A stretch of DNA of 63,761 bases, counting the filler, from Desulfonatronovibrionaceae bacterium (GTDB lineage Bacteria > Desulfobacterota > Desulfovibrionia > Desulfovibrionales > Desulfonatronovibrionaceae): the NCBI GenBank assembly GCA_046539845.1. It is 3 parts of 3 records of this genome, joined end to end, with 100 filler letters (N's around TTAATTAATTAA, not from the genome) between each part and the next. Parts side by side here need not be neighbours in the genome. Positions count along the whole stretch, not along the records: positions 26,206 to 52,266 come from JBKHGE010000033.1; 2 more parts are not named here. The stretch is one strand, 5' to 3'. The position numbers were made by a program, and so were the translations under genes. The notes under the pieces were generated by a model. It had not been told where the DNA came from and searched no databases. It was given only the letters and a program-made list of their open reading frames with translations. Shown piece by piece: positions 37,747 to 47,813 of this stretch; within the stretch, counting starts at the first letter, position 1, and each line of letters begins with the position of its first letter.

Positions 37747-37773
37747 AATAAAGGCCGGGTAAAGTACCCGGCC
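37747..37773 (-). terminator. putative terminator after the GGDEF gene
   Basis: Minus strand GGCCGGGTA-CTT-TACCCGGCC-TTTATT. Confidence 0.6.
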
Positions 37774-37811
37774 ATGATTCAATTTGAGGCTTTTTGGGGA
37801 AATTCAGTCGG

Positions 37812-39260
37812 CTATGGACTCCATGCCGGGGCCTTTGAGGTGCAGACCATGTTCCGGCCGCTGTTTTTGGCCAGGTAAAGTGCCCGGTCCGCGTGTTCGA
37901 TCAGTCTCCCGGCCGGATATAATGAGCCCGGTTCCATGGAGGTGATGCCGATGCTCACGGTAAGCCTTATGGTATGCCTGCCGTACTGCAGCGTCAGCCC
38001 GGCGATTTTTTTGCGCAGTCTGTGGGCCAGAAACCAAGCCTGGTTTTCCGAGGTCTCCGGGAGAATGATCGCGAACTCCTCTCCCCCGTACCGGGCCGGA
38101 AAATCGGTTTCCCGCAGGGTGTACTGCAGGATCTCCCCGATCTTTTTCAAAGCCAGGTCCCCGGCCTGATGTCCGTACTTGTCGTTTATGTTTTTAAAGT
38201 AATCCACATCGAGCATAAGTAGGCTCAGGGTGCTACCGTGTCTTTGGTGTCTTTTGATTTCTTCTTTTAATCTGTTGTCAAAATGGTGACGATTGTAGAT
38301 TTTGGTCAGGCCGTCATGGTCGGCTCGGATGCGCACTCTTTCGTATTTAAGGGCGTTCAGGGCGGCCAGGCCCAGATGGTTGCCGGCGTTGCGGACTATT
38401 TCCACCTGGTCCTTGCCCAACTCGGTTTCATCGTCGGTAACCAAAAGGATCAGGCCCAGGGTGTCTTGTCCGGAGCGGATGGGGATGACTATTGTCTTGC
38501 CCGGCTGAGGATATTCAAGACGGATACTGTCCTGGGTGTAATACCCGGTCTGGTACTCCCGGACCTCTTTCCCGGTCAGCTTGCCGGCTGCCTCCAACAG
38601 ATGCGATGTCCATTCCCTTTCTTCTTCCGGTTCAAAAAAGCTGGGGATGAATAGACCGGCCTCCATAGGCTCACCGGAAGCGTCCCAGAATATCCCCATT
38701 GTGCACCTGGCTTGCAAGAGGTTTTTGAATTCCTCGTCCGCCAAGGCCATAATATCTTTAATGTTCAGAGTCTGTGCCGCCCGGGTCAGGATACGGTTTA
38801 TAAACGACAGCTGTGTGCTTTTGCGGGCCAGGAGCTCCCTTTCCAGAGCGATTTCTTTGGCCATGTGATAGATGTCCGAATAGAGCTCAAATGCCTGGGA
38901 GGCCTTGGCCAGCAGGCCGGTGATTTCATTTTTCTGGATCGGCAGGCGGACAAAACCCAGAAAAGAGGACGGGATGTTCAGGTCAGGGGGCAACTTGTCC
39001 CCGTTTTCCGCCACAAGAGCCAGCTGAACCTCGTTTTCATCCACGACCTTCTGTTCTTGCCAAGAGAGCCCGGCCCATTTGGCGACTGGTGTGATCAAGA
39101 TGTGCGGCCGATTGAAGCTTACCTCCTCTTTCAGGCTAGAAAGTCCGGGATTCAAGGTTTTGACAGTCTCGGCATTATCTATGCAGTCAGAAATTTTTTC
39201 CCGGATGTCCGGGTCGGTTTCCAAGAACAAGATCTTGGGGGTGGTATTTTTTTCCTTCAT
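37812..39260 (-). CDS. diguanylate cyclase (degenerate REC, GAF-like, GGDEF)
   Basis: DGLTKIYNR, DVDYFKNINDKYGH, I-site RETD, RYGGEEF, ADRALYLAKNSGRN. Confidence 0.93.
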   Translation of the reverse strand: MKEKNTTPKILFLETDPDIREKISDCIDNAETVKTLNPGLSSLKEEVSFNRPHILITPVAKWAGLSWQEQKVVDENEVQLALVAENGDKLPPDLNIPSSFLGFVRLPIQKNEITGLLAKASQAFELYSDIYHMAKEIALERELLARKSTQLSFINRILTRAAQTLNIKDIMALADEEFKNLLQARCTMGIFWDASGEPMEAGLFIPSFFEPEEEREWTSHLLEAAGKLTGKEVREYQTGYYTQDSIRLEYPQPGKTIVIPIRSGQDTLGLILLVTDDETELGKDQVEIVRNAGNHLGLAALNALKYERVRIRADHDGLTKIYNRHHFDNRLKEEIKRHQRHGSTLSLLMLDVDYFKNINDKYGHQAGDLALKKIGEILQYTLRETDFPARYGGEEFAIILPETSENQAWFLAHRLRKKIAGLTLQYGRHTIRLTVSIGITSMEPGSLYPAGRLIEHADRALYLAKNSGRNMVCTSKAPAWSP

Positions 39261-39383
39261 ATCCGCTCCCTTGCGCTGGGGATATCTGTTCCCGGTGCTT
39301 ACGTGCCCGGGTTGGGGAGTCCGGACGCAGGTCTTCTGAAACAGATTTCAGGCCCGGCCGGACTTGCTATTCAACCAAGTAAA

Positions 39384-39400
39384 TGCAAAAAAAAGGCCGA
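39384..39400 (-). promoter_or_regulatory. possible sigma54 promoter of the diguanylate cyclase
   Basis: Minus strand TCGGCCTTTTTTTTGCA = GG-N10-GC with TTGCA. Confidence 0.4.
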
Positions 39401-39435
39401 AATCAAAGTGAATCCAAAAAGCACGGTGGTTTTTT

Positions 39436-41067
39436 ATGGGTAAGAAAATCTGGGCCAGCCTGGACTGTTTTCTGGAGCAGGGGCCGGTCATGGGCAGGAA
39501 AGTGGCCAACCTGGAATTCATAAGGGCCCTGTTTCGGGCCGATCCCTTTGACGAATATCATTTCTTCCCGGTCAGTCAGAAACACTTCCAGGGGCTTTTA
39601 AACTGGGTCGAGAAAAATTTTCCTGGGATAAAAAAACGGTTGCTGGCATATTCCCGTTTGGACCTCCCGGATATGCTCTCCCGGGTGGAGTATCACTGCT
39701 TTCACCTTTCGGACTGCATCAATTATCCGGCTGCGGTGGCCCGGCTGCGGAACAAATACAGCCCCCGCGTCTTCCCTGTGACCTCGGTTATCCATTCCCT
39801 GAGCTACAGCGATTACCCGGCCGGTTTTCTGCGTCATCTGTGGCCGGGCACCACAGCGCGCGACTGTGTGGTCTGCACTTCCCGGGCCGGGATGGGGGTG
39901 GTAAACAGCTACTTTCAAGCCCTGCGCCGGGATTACGACCTGGATGACTCCTTTCGGTCCCCTGTGCTCAGGCATATCCCCCTGGGTCTGGACTGGGAAA
40001 AATACTCTGCTGTTTCGGCCGAAGCCCGCGGCAGGGGACGGACCGACCTGGGCATTGCGGACGAGGATGTGTGCATCCTTATTTTGGGACGTATTTCCTA
40101 TTACTCCAAGATGGATTTCATTCCTTTTATGCGTTCTCTTAGCGCCTGCCTGCCCAGGACCGGAAGCGGCGGCACGGTGCATCTGGTTTTGTCCGGTGGT
40201 GCGGACAAAGGGGGCAATATCTGCGAGGCGCTCATGAATCTGGCTGCAAACGCCGGAATCAGCCTGCAGACTGTTTTTGACCCCTCGGAAGATAAGAAGC
40301 TGGATCTTTTGGCTGCTGCGGACATCTTTGCCTCCCCAGCGGACAACTATCAGGAGACTTTCGGTTTGACCCTTTTGGAGGCCGCGGCCAGCGGCCTGCC
40401 AGTGCTGGCCTCGGATTTTGACGGCTATAGAGAGCTTGTAAAAAACCGGGAGACCGGTTTTTTGGTCCCGACTTTCGGCCCTGAGCAGTCAGCAGTGCTG
40501 AACGACCTGGCCTTTGTCCTCCCGGACAGTCATACCCATCTCCTTTTGGCCCAGAACATCTGTCTGGATACCGAAGAGATGGCCGATCGTTTGGGAGAAT
40601 TGCTGGACAACCCAGGACTGCGCCTGGAGATGGGACAACGGGGCAGGGAAAAAAGCAAATCCTATGATTGGGCAAAGATAATAAACAGGTATGTCACGCT
40701 CTGGGACGAGTTATGGGACGCGGAAGTTGACCCCGAAACAGAAAAGGGCCCCCATCCGCTGGGTCTGGATTATGCCCGGGTGTTTGCCGGATATCCAGCC
40801 CGGATATTGACGGATGGGCAGATGCTGGTCTGGACTGATTTGGGCCGATCCGTATATCGCAAAAAGGATTTTCCGGTGGTCTATGCCGGGATGGAGGGAT
40901 TTGCTCCGGTGGACAATCTGCGGACCCTGCTTTTTCTGTCCAGGAACCCGATCAGCCTGCAGGACCTTGCCTCCAGGCTGTGGGCCGCAGTCCCGTCTCT
41001 TGGGGAAAAAGCGGAGTATTTCGTGCTCTGGGCCGTGAAGCAGGGATATCTGCGCCCGGTAGGATAA
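39436..41067 (+). CDS. glycosyltransferase family 4 (GT-B)
   Basis: GRISYYSK, ADIFASP...ETFGLTLLEAAASGLPVLASDFDGYRE. Confidence 0.9.
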   Translation: MGKKIWASLDCFLEQGPVMGRKVANLEFIRALFRADPFDEYHFFPVSQKHFQGLLNWVEKNFPGIKKRLLAYSRLDLPDMLSRVEYHCFHLSDCINYPAAVARLRNKYSPRVFPVTSVIHSLSYSDYPAGFLRHLWPGTTARDCVVCTSRAGMGVVNSYFQALRRDYDLDDSFRSPVLRHIPLGLDWEKYSAVSAEARGRGRTDLGIADEDVCILILGRISYYSKMDFIPFMRSLSACLPRTGSGGTVHLVLSGGADKGGNICEALMNLAANAGISLQTVFDPSEDKKLDLLAAADIFASPADNYQETFGLTLLEAAASGLPVLASDFDGYRELVKNRETGFLVPTFGPEQSAVLNDLAFVLPDSHTHLLLAQNICLDTEEMADRLGELLDNPGLRLEMGQRGREKSKSYDWAKIINRYVTLWDELWDAEVDPETEKGPHPLGLDYARVFAGYPARILTDGQMLVWTDLGRSVYRKKDFPVVYAGMEGFAPVDNLRTLLFLSRNPISLQDLASRLWAAVPSLGEKAEYFVLWAVKQGYLRPVG

Positions 41068-41085
41068 GGCGCCGGGGCAGATACC

Positions 41086-42429
41086 TCAGGCCCCGATTTT
41101 TTTCAGCAGGTTTTTGGCGTTTTGCATGCCCGGCTTCAGTCTTAGGGCTATTTTCGCGTACTTTTCCGCTTCCGGTATCTTTTTCATCTTGTAGTGGGTG
41201 AAAGCGATCTGGTAGGGGACATTGGGATGATTTTCCAGGAGTTCGGGCTGCAGTTCGACGGCCTTTTCAAAGTTTTGCATCGCCCGGTAGAAATGCTCCC
41301 CCTGCAGGTAGGCCATCCCAATATTGTAGTACAGCCCTCCGTCCATGGGCGCTATCTTTAAGGCCTGCTGATAGTATTCGATGGCCTGCTGCCATTTGCC
41401 TTGATGGCGCAGGTTGATTCCCATCTCGTTGAACATCCACAGGTCTTCCTTGTTCAGCATCTCTCCTTTGGCGTCTATGGCCCGGGCGATAAATTCCGTG
41501 GCCATCTCCGGCCTTTTCTCCCTTGTGCTGCGGGCGATATCCATAAGGACTGAGGACAGCAGGTCCGCGGCCTGCTTCTGTACCTGGCGCACGGCCTGAT
41601 CAAAGAATTCCCGGGCCTCGTCGTCCTGGTCCAGGTCCAGATAGGTCTCCCCGATTTTCACCTTGCGCTTGTGGTTTAGAGGGGAGAGATTGTCCAGCCT
41701 TTTCAGAAACTTCAGTTTCTTTTCCGGGTCATTTAGAGACTCGTACAAAGCAACCAGCTTGTTGAGCGGCTTTAGATACATCTTGTTCTGGTTGGCCGCC
41801 CGGATATAGAATTCCTCGGCTGCGGACATGTCCTTTCTTTTAAAGCTTATATCCCCCTTGAGCATCAAGCCTGCGGCGCTGTCCGGCTTTTCCTCCAGGA
41901 CCTTGTCCGCCATTTCATCCGCTTTATCCAGGTCCCCTCCGTCCATGTATTCCTGGCACTTTTCAATATGCTGGGAAAGGGAGGTGTTCGGTTTGACCGT
42001 AAGGGCCACTTTTTGGATTATGGCATTGACCGAGGCCGGTTTGACAATTACATTGTCCGCACCCATTTCATAGATCTGGACTATGGTATCCCGGCCCACT
42101 TCGTTGGTCAGGCAGATGAGTTTGGCTTTTTCTTTGAAAGTCTCTTTTAAGGCGGGAAATTCCAGGACATTGCTCTTGTCCTCCACCCGGGACTCGATAA
42201 AGAAGATTATGGTCTTGAATCTCTTGAGGTTTTTTTGGGCCTCGGCCACAGCGGTGGTCAGGCTGTGATGGATGAACAGGAAATCCTGTTCCTGTCCCAG
42301 GTATTTGAAGCAGGCCTTAAGCGTCCTTTGGATGGTCACATCCGGGGAGACCAGAAACATGCATCCCCCCATCTGCAAAAAGAAATATCTGAAGACCTGA
42401 TCGTATATATTCAGTTGATCCTTGTTCAT
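41086..42429 (-). CDS. atypical receiver-domain + TPR protein
   Basis: N-terminal REC-like fold (ICLT, MGADNVIVKP) followed by multiple TPRs (FNEMGINLR..A...Y..AL, LYYNIGMAY); start uncertain. Confidence 0.8.
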   Translation of the reverse strand: MNKDQLNIYDQVFRYFFLQMGGCMFLVSPDVTIQRTLKACFKYLGQEQDFLFIHHSLTTAVAEAQKNLKRFKTIIFFIESRVEDKSNVLEFPALKETFKEKAKLICLTNEVGRDTIVQIYEMGADNVIVKPASVNAIIQKVALTVKPNTSLSQHIEKCQEYMDGGDLDKADEMADKVLEEKPDSAAGLMLKGDISFKRKDMSAAEEFYIRAANQNKMYLKPLNKLVALYESLNDPEKKLKFLKRLDNLSPLNHKRKVKIGETYLDLDQDDEAREFFDQAVRQVQKQAADLLSSVLMDIARSTREKRPEMATEFIARAIDAKGEMLNKEDLWMFNEMGINLRHQGKWQQAIEYYQQALKIAPMDGGLYYNIGMAYLQGEHFYRAMQNFEKAVELQPELLENHPNVPYQIAFTHYKMKKIPEAEKYAKIALRLKPGMQNAKNLLKKIGA

Positions 42430-42756
42430 GCGTTTTTTATCCGTTTTTTCTGTTTTTCCGGCGCGGATCGCAAACCGGCCATAACAACATATCCTGCCCA
42501 ATCACAGGCGCTTAGTCAAGGATGCCCGGAGATCCGGGTGGATCCAGGAGGGATGTGTTCCGGGTGGATGCAAGGCGGCATTTTTACCCGGGTATTGAAA
42601 TCCCGGCCTGAATAAGTAAAGATATAACTGTGAATGCTTAATGACTGGCTGTCTTTTTGGGGACATGGTTTGCATTAAAAGCAGGGACTTGAGGTAAGTT
42701 GTTGTGTTCTACGTACTAATTTTTTGGCGAGGTCATGCCCGCATCGGGGGCGGACA

Positions 42757-44028
42757 ATGAGGACAAGCAGCCGCCTTGACTGTTTTGGGATCTGGTGCAG
42801 GCGATGTACGGTGTTTATATGCGTTCTTTTCTTTGTCCTCTCCGGTTCAATTGCAACCGGCCAGGACAGGGAGATAGTCCTGGGTATGTCCGGGGCCTTC
42901 AGCGGGGCCACCCGTAGCCTGGGCATTGAACTTTACCGGGGAGCGGCCGCTTATTTCGCCAAAATAAACGAACAGGGCGGAGTGAACGGCAACCGTATCC
43001 GTATTCTGGCCTATGACGACGGGTACAATCCCGAACCCGCGGTAGAAAACACCATAAGGCTTATCCGCGAGGACCATGTCTTTGCGCTCTTCAATTACGT
43101 GGGCACCCCGACCACCACCAGGATGCTCCCCCTTTTGGCCAAGTTCTCGGATCGCCACATGTATCTTTTCTGTCCCTTTACCGGGGCCAATCCCATGCGC
43201 CGAGAGCCCTATTCTAAGTATGTATTCAATCTCCGGGCTTCCTACGATCAGGAGGTCGAGGCCCTGGTGGACAACCTGGTGGATATGGGCAAGACGCGTA
43301 TCGCGGTTTTGCATCAGGTGGACGCCTACGGTCGCGGGGGGTGGCAGGGGGTGAAAAAGGCTTTGAGCAAGCATGGTCTGGAGATCACTGCCGAGGCCAC
43401 TTATACGCGTGGCATGGGTATCAATGATGATTTTCACCCCCAGGTGGATATCATAGCTTCCCGGGATCCGGATGCGGTCATCTGTATCGCCTCCTATGCG
43501 GCAGCAGCCGGATTTATCCGTGACGCCCGGCAAAGCGGGCTGGAAGTGCCTATAGCCAATATTTCTTTTGTGGATGCGAAAATGATGCACAGGCTGCTTA
43601 TCAAGGCCGGGGAAGAGGATGATACCGATTATACCCGTAATCTGGTCAATTCCCAGGTGGTGCCTTTTTACGGGAGCAGGAACCTGCCTGCGGTGGATGA
43701 GTATAAGCAATGCATGCGCAAATACCGCCCGAAAATTCCGGACAAATTCGAGTGTCCGGGCTATGAACAGCAGGGCTTTGGAGCGGTCAGTTTTGAGGGG
43801 TTCTTAAACGCCAAAATGATGGTCGAACTCTTGCGCAGCCTGGGGCCGTATCCCTCCCGTAAGGACATAAAAATCAATATGGACCGTATGTACAATATAG
43901 ATATCGGATTGGACCGGAAGATAAGCTTTACCCCGTTTCTGGATCAGGGCCTGGAACAAGTGTATTTCATTACCTTCCGGGGCGATCAGATATATCCACT
44001 GCGGGATTTTGAAGAGGTCCTCAATTGA
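42757..44028 (+). CDS. periplasmic ligand-binding protein (branched-chain amino acid / Liv-like)
   Basis: IVLGMS.A.SG, INEQGGVNG, YDDGYNP, YVGTPT, FNLRASY. Confidence 0.88.
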   Translation: MRTSSRLDCFGIWCRRCTVFICVLFFVLSGSIATGQDREIVLGMSGAFSGATRSLGIELYRGAAAYFAKINEQGGVNGNRIRILAYDDGYNPEPAVENTIRLIREDHVFALFNYVGTPTTTRMLPLLAKFSDRHMYLFCPFTGANPMRREPYSKYVFNLRASYDQEVEALVDNLVDMGKTRIAVLHQVDAYGRGGWQGVKKALSKHGLEITAEATYTRGMGINDDFHPQVDIIASRDPDAVICIASYAAAAGFIRDARQSGLEVPIANISFVDAKMMHRLLIKAGEEDDTDYTRNLVNSQVVPFYGSRNLPAVDEYKQCMRKYRPKIPDKFECPGYEQQGFGAVSFEGFLNAKMMVELLRSLGPYPSRKDIKINMDRMYNIDIGLDRKISFTPFLDQGLEQVYFITFRGDQIYPLRDFEEVLN

Positions 44029-46787
44029 TAGTCTCCCGCCTGTTCAAAAAGACCTTGCTCGTGGTCTTGGGGATTTTTCTGGCCATAGGAGTGCTCTCCT
44101 CCGCCTTTTCCGCCTGGGTTTTGCGCGAGCAGCTGATAGACGACTATGTCTCCCGGGCAAAGAGTATTGTGAACACCATCTCGGTATCTGTGCCCGCCAT
44201 TTTCCTGGAGAGGGAGGCGGCGAGCATCCAGTCCATAATCGATCAGTATCTTGCGGAAAAAGGCGTGGGTTACGTGTATGTCCTGAACGATGAAAAGGAA
44301 ATCATCGCCCATACCTTCACTCCGGGCATTCCCGAGGACATAGATAATATCTCCAGTATCAGCTATGAGCGCATGGCCCAGAAAAAGGTCTTTATCTCTG
44401 GAAACGAGTACATAGATATAGGCGGACCAGTGCTTAGGGGCGAGGGCGGATACGTGCACGTAGGCATGAAGATGCAGACTATAAACGGGATCATCCTGCG
44501 CAATCTATTCGCCATCCAGGTCTTTAATTTCTTTTTATTCCTTTTGAGTGTGGGCTTTTTATATGCGTATATGGACAAGATATCCCGGCCGCTTATGCAG
44601 CTTACAGACTACGCCCGCAAGCTGGCCGGAAAGGATTTTTCCGCTGAGCTGGATATCCGGTCCAATGACGAGGTGGGGGATCTGGCCAGCTCCATGCAGC
44701 ATATGGGCCGGGAGCTGGCCGGATTCGTGGACAAGCTGCAAAAAGCGGTAAACAACGCCACGCATGAACTCCAGGAGACCCTGGCCTATCTGCACGCCAT
44801 TTTGGATAATCTGGCGGACGGGCTGGTGGTCACGGATGAGAACAAGAAAATTATCCGCTACAATCTGGCCTTCAAGGAGATCTTCGAGGTCTCCAGGAAG
44901 AATCTCGTAGATTCCGGCCTTGCGGAGTTCACCCCGAAGGAGCTGACTCAAAAGGTGGACGAGGACCCCTTTCAGGAAGCGCAGCGGATCGAGCTGGTGT
45001 TCAAGGACCGGGAGGACAGGAAGAGATATATCGAGGCCACGGTCACTTATGTGTCCATGAGCTGTGGGCTCAATTTTATATTTATCTTCCATGACGTCAC
45101 CAAGAGAAAAGAGACCGAGAACGAGCTTCGTTCCCTGTATACAGAGCTGGATCAGCGGGTGATAGAAAGGACCCGGGAGCTGGAAAGGACAAACGAGCTT
45201 TTGCAGTCCGAAGTGGAGCTGCGCAAGCAGGCCGAGGAGCAGCTCATGTCCGAGAAGGAACTCTTCTCGGTTACTTTGCGCAGTATCGGAGACGGGGTGA
45301 TTACCACGGACTGGTCCGGAAACGTGCTCTTTGTAAACGCCACTGCCGAGGGTTTTTTGGGAGCGGGCATGGAAGATGTGCAGGGGCTCCCTTTCAGCCG
45401 GATCTGCCGCCTGGTGGACGGGAACGGCAACCAGATCAACCCGGTCCGGGAAGTGCTTGCCGAGGGCAGGATATTTGAGCGTAAGCGCGGGGTGTCTTTG
45501 AAAGTGGAAGGTGAACTGTCCTGCACCTATTTGAGCGTGTCGTTCAAGACCACTCCCATCTATGACCGCCAGAGTCTTATTCTGGGGACGGTAACCGTAC
45601 TGCAGGACATAACGGATATTTTGCGCATGGAGGAAGAGCGGCTGCGCAAGGAAAAACTGGAGTCCATAGGGGTCCTTGCCGGAGGCATTGCTCATGATTT
45701 CAACAACCTGTTGACTGCTGTCTTGAATCATATCCAAATGGTCCGCCTGAATACCGATCCGGAAAGCAAGGAGTTCTACAGACTGAATGATGCCCAGAAC
45801 GCAGTTATGCGTTCCAAGCAGCTTACCCAGCAGCTTTTGACCTTCTCCAGAGGCGGGGCACCGATCCGGGAGGTCATTTCCATCCCTGAGCTTTTGGAAG
45901 AGACCATAAATTTCGCCCTGCGCGGTTCCAATGTCAAAAGCGATATCCAGACCGCCAAGAATTTGTGGCCGGCTAAAGTGGACTATGGCCAGGTGGCCCA
46001 GGTCTTTGAGAACCTGACCCTGAACTCGGTCCAGGCTATGCCCGGAGGCGGCAATATCTATGTCCGGGCCTCTAACTATGCCTATAAGGGCGGGGATGAG
46101 GACCTGGACTTGTATTTCGGGAACTATATCCGCATCGATTTCTGGGATGACGGTCCGGGGATTTCCGAGGAACACCTGGAAAAGATATTTGATCCGTATT
46201 TTACGACCAAGGAGGTCGGCAGCGGACTGGGACTGGCCAGCTCTTATTCGATTGTCAAAAATCACATGGGGGATATCACGGTTTCCTCTTCGCCGGGCAA
46301 AGGAGCCCATTTCGTGATCTATCTCCCGGCTGTTGACAGTCGACTCCAGGCCAGAGCGGGCCGGGGAGAGCAGGGCGGCCTCAGGTTTGGGCAGGGCCGA
46401 ATCCTGGTAATGGACGATGTCCAGGATATCCTGGATGTCATGCGCGATGCCCTGGAGCTGCTCGGATACGAAGGGGATTTTGCTTCCAGCGGAGAGGAGG
46501 CGGTGGCCAAGTACAATGCGGCCCTGGAGGCGGGCCAGCCTTATGATGCGGTTATCCTGGATCTGACCGTTCCCGGGGGCATGGGAGGTAAGGAGGCCGT
46601 GGGCGAGATACTGCGCATGGATCCCGAAGCCAGGGTGGTTGTCTCCAGCGGGTATTCCCAGGATCCCATAATGGGTAATTATAGAGGTTACGGGTTCTGC
46701 GGGGTCCTGGCCAAGCCGTACACCGTGGAGGACGTGGGCCGGGTGCTGGAGGAAGCACTGCGCGGTACACGGCAAAAAGGAGGTTAA
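44025..46787 (+). CDS. hybrid sensor histidine kinase (HAMP, 2 PAS, HisKA, HATPase, REC)
   Basis: GIAHDFNNLL, NLTLNSVQAM, DDGPGI, FDPYFTTK, GSGLGL, C-terminal ILVMDD..ILDLTVPG..AKPY; TTG start overlaps the upstream TGA. Confidence 0.95.
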   Translation: MIVSRLFKKTLLVVLGIFLAIGVLSSAFSAWVLREQLIDDYVSRAKSIVNTISVSVPAIFLEREAASIQSIIDQYLAEKGVGYVYVLNDEKEIIAHTFTPGIPEDIDNISSISYERMAQKKVFISGNEYIDIGGPVLRGEGGYVHVGMKMQTINGIILRNLFAIQVFNFFLFLLSVGFLYAYMDKISRPLMQLTDYARKLAGKDFSAELDIRSNDEVGDLASSMQHMGRELAGFVDKLQKAVNNATHELQETLAYLHAILDNLADGLVVTDENKKIIRYNLAFKEIFEVSRKNLVDSGLAEFTPKELTQKVDEDPFQEAQRIELVFKDREDRKRYIEATVTYVSMSCGLNFIFIFHDVTKRKETENELRSLYTELDQRVIERTRELERTNELLQSEVELRKQAEEQLMSEKELFSVTLRSIGDGVITTDWSGNVLFVNATAEGFLGAGMEDVQGLPFSRICRLVDGNGNQINPVREVLAEGRIFERKRGVSLKVEGELSCTYLSVSFKTTPIYDRQSLILGTVTVLQDITDILRMEEERLRKEKLESIGVLAGGIAHDFNNLLTAVLNHIQMVRLNTDPESKEFYRLNDAQNAVMRSKQLTQQLLTFSRGGAPIREVISIPELLEETINFALRGSNVKSDIQTAKNLWPAKVDYGQVAQVFENLTLNSVQAMPGGGNIYVRASNYAYKGGDEDLDLYFGNYIRIDFWDDGPGISEEHLEKIFDPYFTTKEVGSGLGLASSYSIVKNHMGDITVSSSPGKGAHFVIYLPAVDSRLQARAGRGEQGGLRFGQGRILVMDDVQDILDVMRDALELLGYEGDFASSGEEAVAKYNAALEAGQPYDAVILDLTVPGGMGGKEAVGEILRMDPEARVVVSSGYSQDPIMGNYRGYGFCGVLAKPYTVEDVGRVLEEALRGTRQKGG

Positions 46788-46863
46788 TTCTTTTTGCCCA
46801 CTGCGGGAAGAGGTCCTTTTTCAGCATCCAGCGAAGACGATAAGCATAAAAAACCGAGACTAA

Positions 46864-47793
46864 ATGCCCGGACCGGACAAAAACCCCCTGCAGGTGGATT
46901 TCTTTCACTGCCCGGATTACGGCCCGAAGTTTACGCACAGGCTGGAAAAGGCGTTCGCCTCTTGCGGGTGTTCTTTTTCCGGGCTTAAGGTGTTGGTCAA
47001 GCCCAATCTGGTGGCGGCAAAAAACAGCGGGGCCGGGTGCACCCATCCGGCATTCACCGCTGAAGCGAGCCGGATCCTCCTGGACTCAGGGGCCAAGGTG
47101 ACGGTTGCTGACTCGCCGGCCTTTGGGAGCGCGGCCAAAGTGGCCAAAAAGATCGGGCTGGACAAATATCTGCAGCCCCTGGGGCTCAAGGCGCTTACCC
47201 TGGACCGGGGCAGGCGCATGGATCTTTCCGGATTCCGGGTCCTTGTCTCAGAAGCGGCCCTGGAAGCGGACGTGATAGTCAATTTACCCAAACTCAAGGC
47301 CCATTCCCAAATGCGGCTGAGCGTTGCGGTCAAAAATCTGTTCGGATGTGTGTGTGGGCTGCACAAGGCCTTATGGCACACCCGCATCGGCTCCTGCCGC
47401 GAGTCTTTTGCCGCCCTGATTCTGGAGGTCTGCCGCCTTTTCCCCAGCGTGTTCACCGTGGTGGACGGAGTGTGGGCCATGCACGGTACCGGGCCGATCC
47501 ACGGCCGCCTTATCAACCTGGAAAAGATCATCTGCGGACAGGATGCAGTGGCCGTAGATACCGCCCTGTACAAGATGTTCGGCCTCCTCCCGGCCGAGGT
47601 ACCTTTGTACCGGGTCGCCTCGGATCTGAATCTGCCTGGTGCAGACCCGGGTGCGGTGCGCATAAGCGGGGAGCAGGCCGGAAGCTGGGCAAAGATGAGA
47701 CTGCCCCGGACCCTGAAAAGTGCGGACTTCAGCCTGCCTTATCTAACCTTAAGCCTTTTCAAACGTCTGAAGCAGAGGATATTTCCCGGCTGA
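46864..47793 (+). CDS. DUF362 domain protein
   Basis: VLVKPNL, THP, DSP, NLPKLKAH, AVKNLFGCV, DGVWAMHGTGP, DAVAVD. Confidence 0.85.
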   Translation: MPGPDKNPLQVDFFHCPDYGPKFTHRLEKAFASCGCSFSGLKVLVKPNLVAAKNSGAGCTHPAFTAEASRILLDSGAKVTVADSPAFGSAAKVAKKIGLDKYLQPLGLKALTLDRGRRMDLSGFRVLVSEAALEADVIVNLPKLKAHSQMRLSVAVKNLFGCVCGLHKALWHTRIGSCRESFAALILEVCRLFPSVFTVVDGVWAMHGTGPIHGRLINLEKIICGQDAVAVDTALYKMFGLLPAEVPLYRVASDLNLPGADPGAVRISGEQAGSWAKMRLPRTLKSADFSLPYLTLSLFKRLKQRIFPG

Positions 47794-47813
47794 AAAGCGC
47801 TGCACCGGGCGGA

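Noticed and set aside
39261..39373. c-di-GMP riboswitch in the cyclase leader
   Set aside because: Lacks class I (GGCAAA..GAAA..GACGCAAA) and class II signatures
42659..42674. sigma54 promoter for the binding protein (GGGGACATGGTTTGCA)
   Set aside because: Spacing fits, but the conserved TGGC of the -24 element is missing
44559..46775. 738-aa antisense ORF and other long overlapping ORFs (156-1370, 7508-8650, 34909-35844, 50124-51296)
   Set aside because: Shadow frames of well-supported genes in GC-rich DNA, with no recognisable motifs
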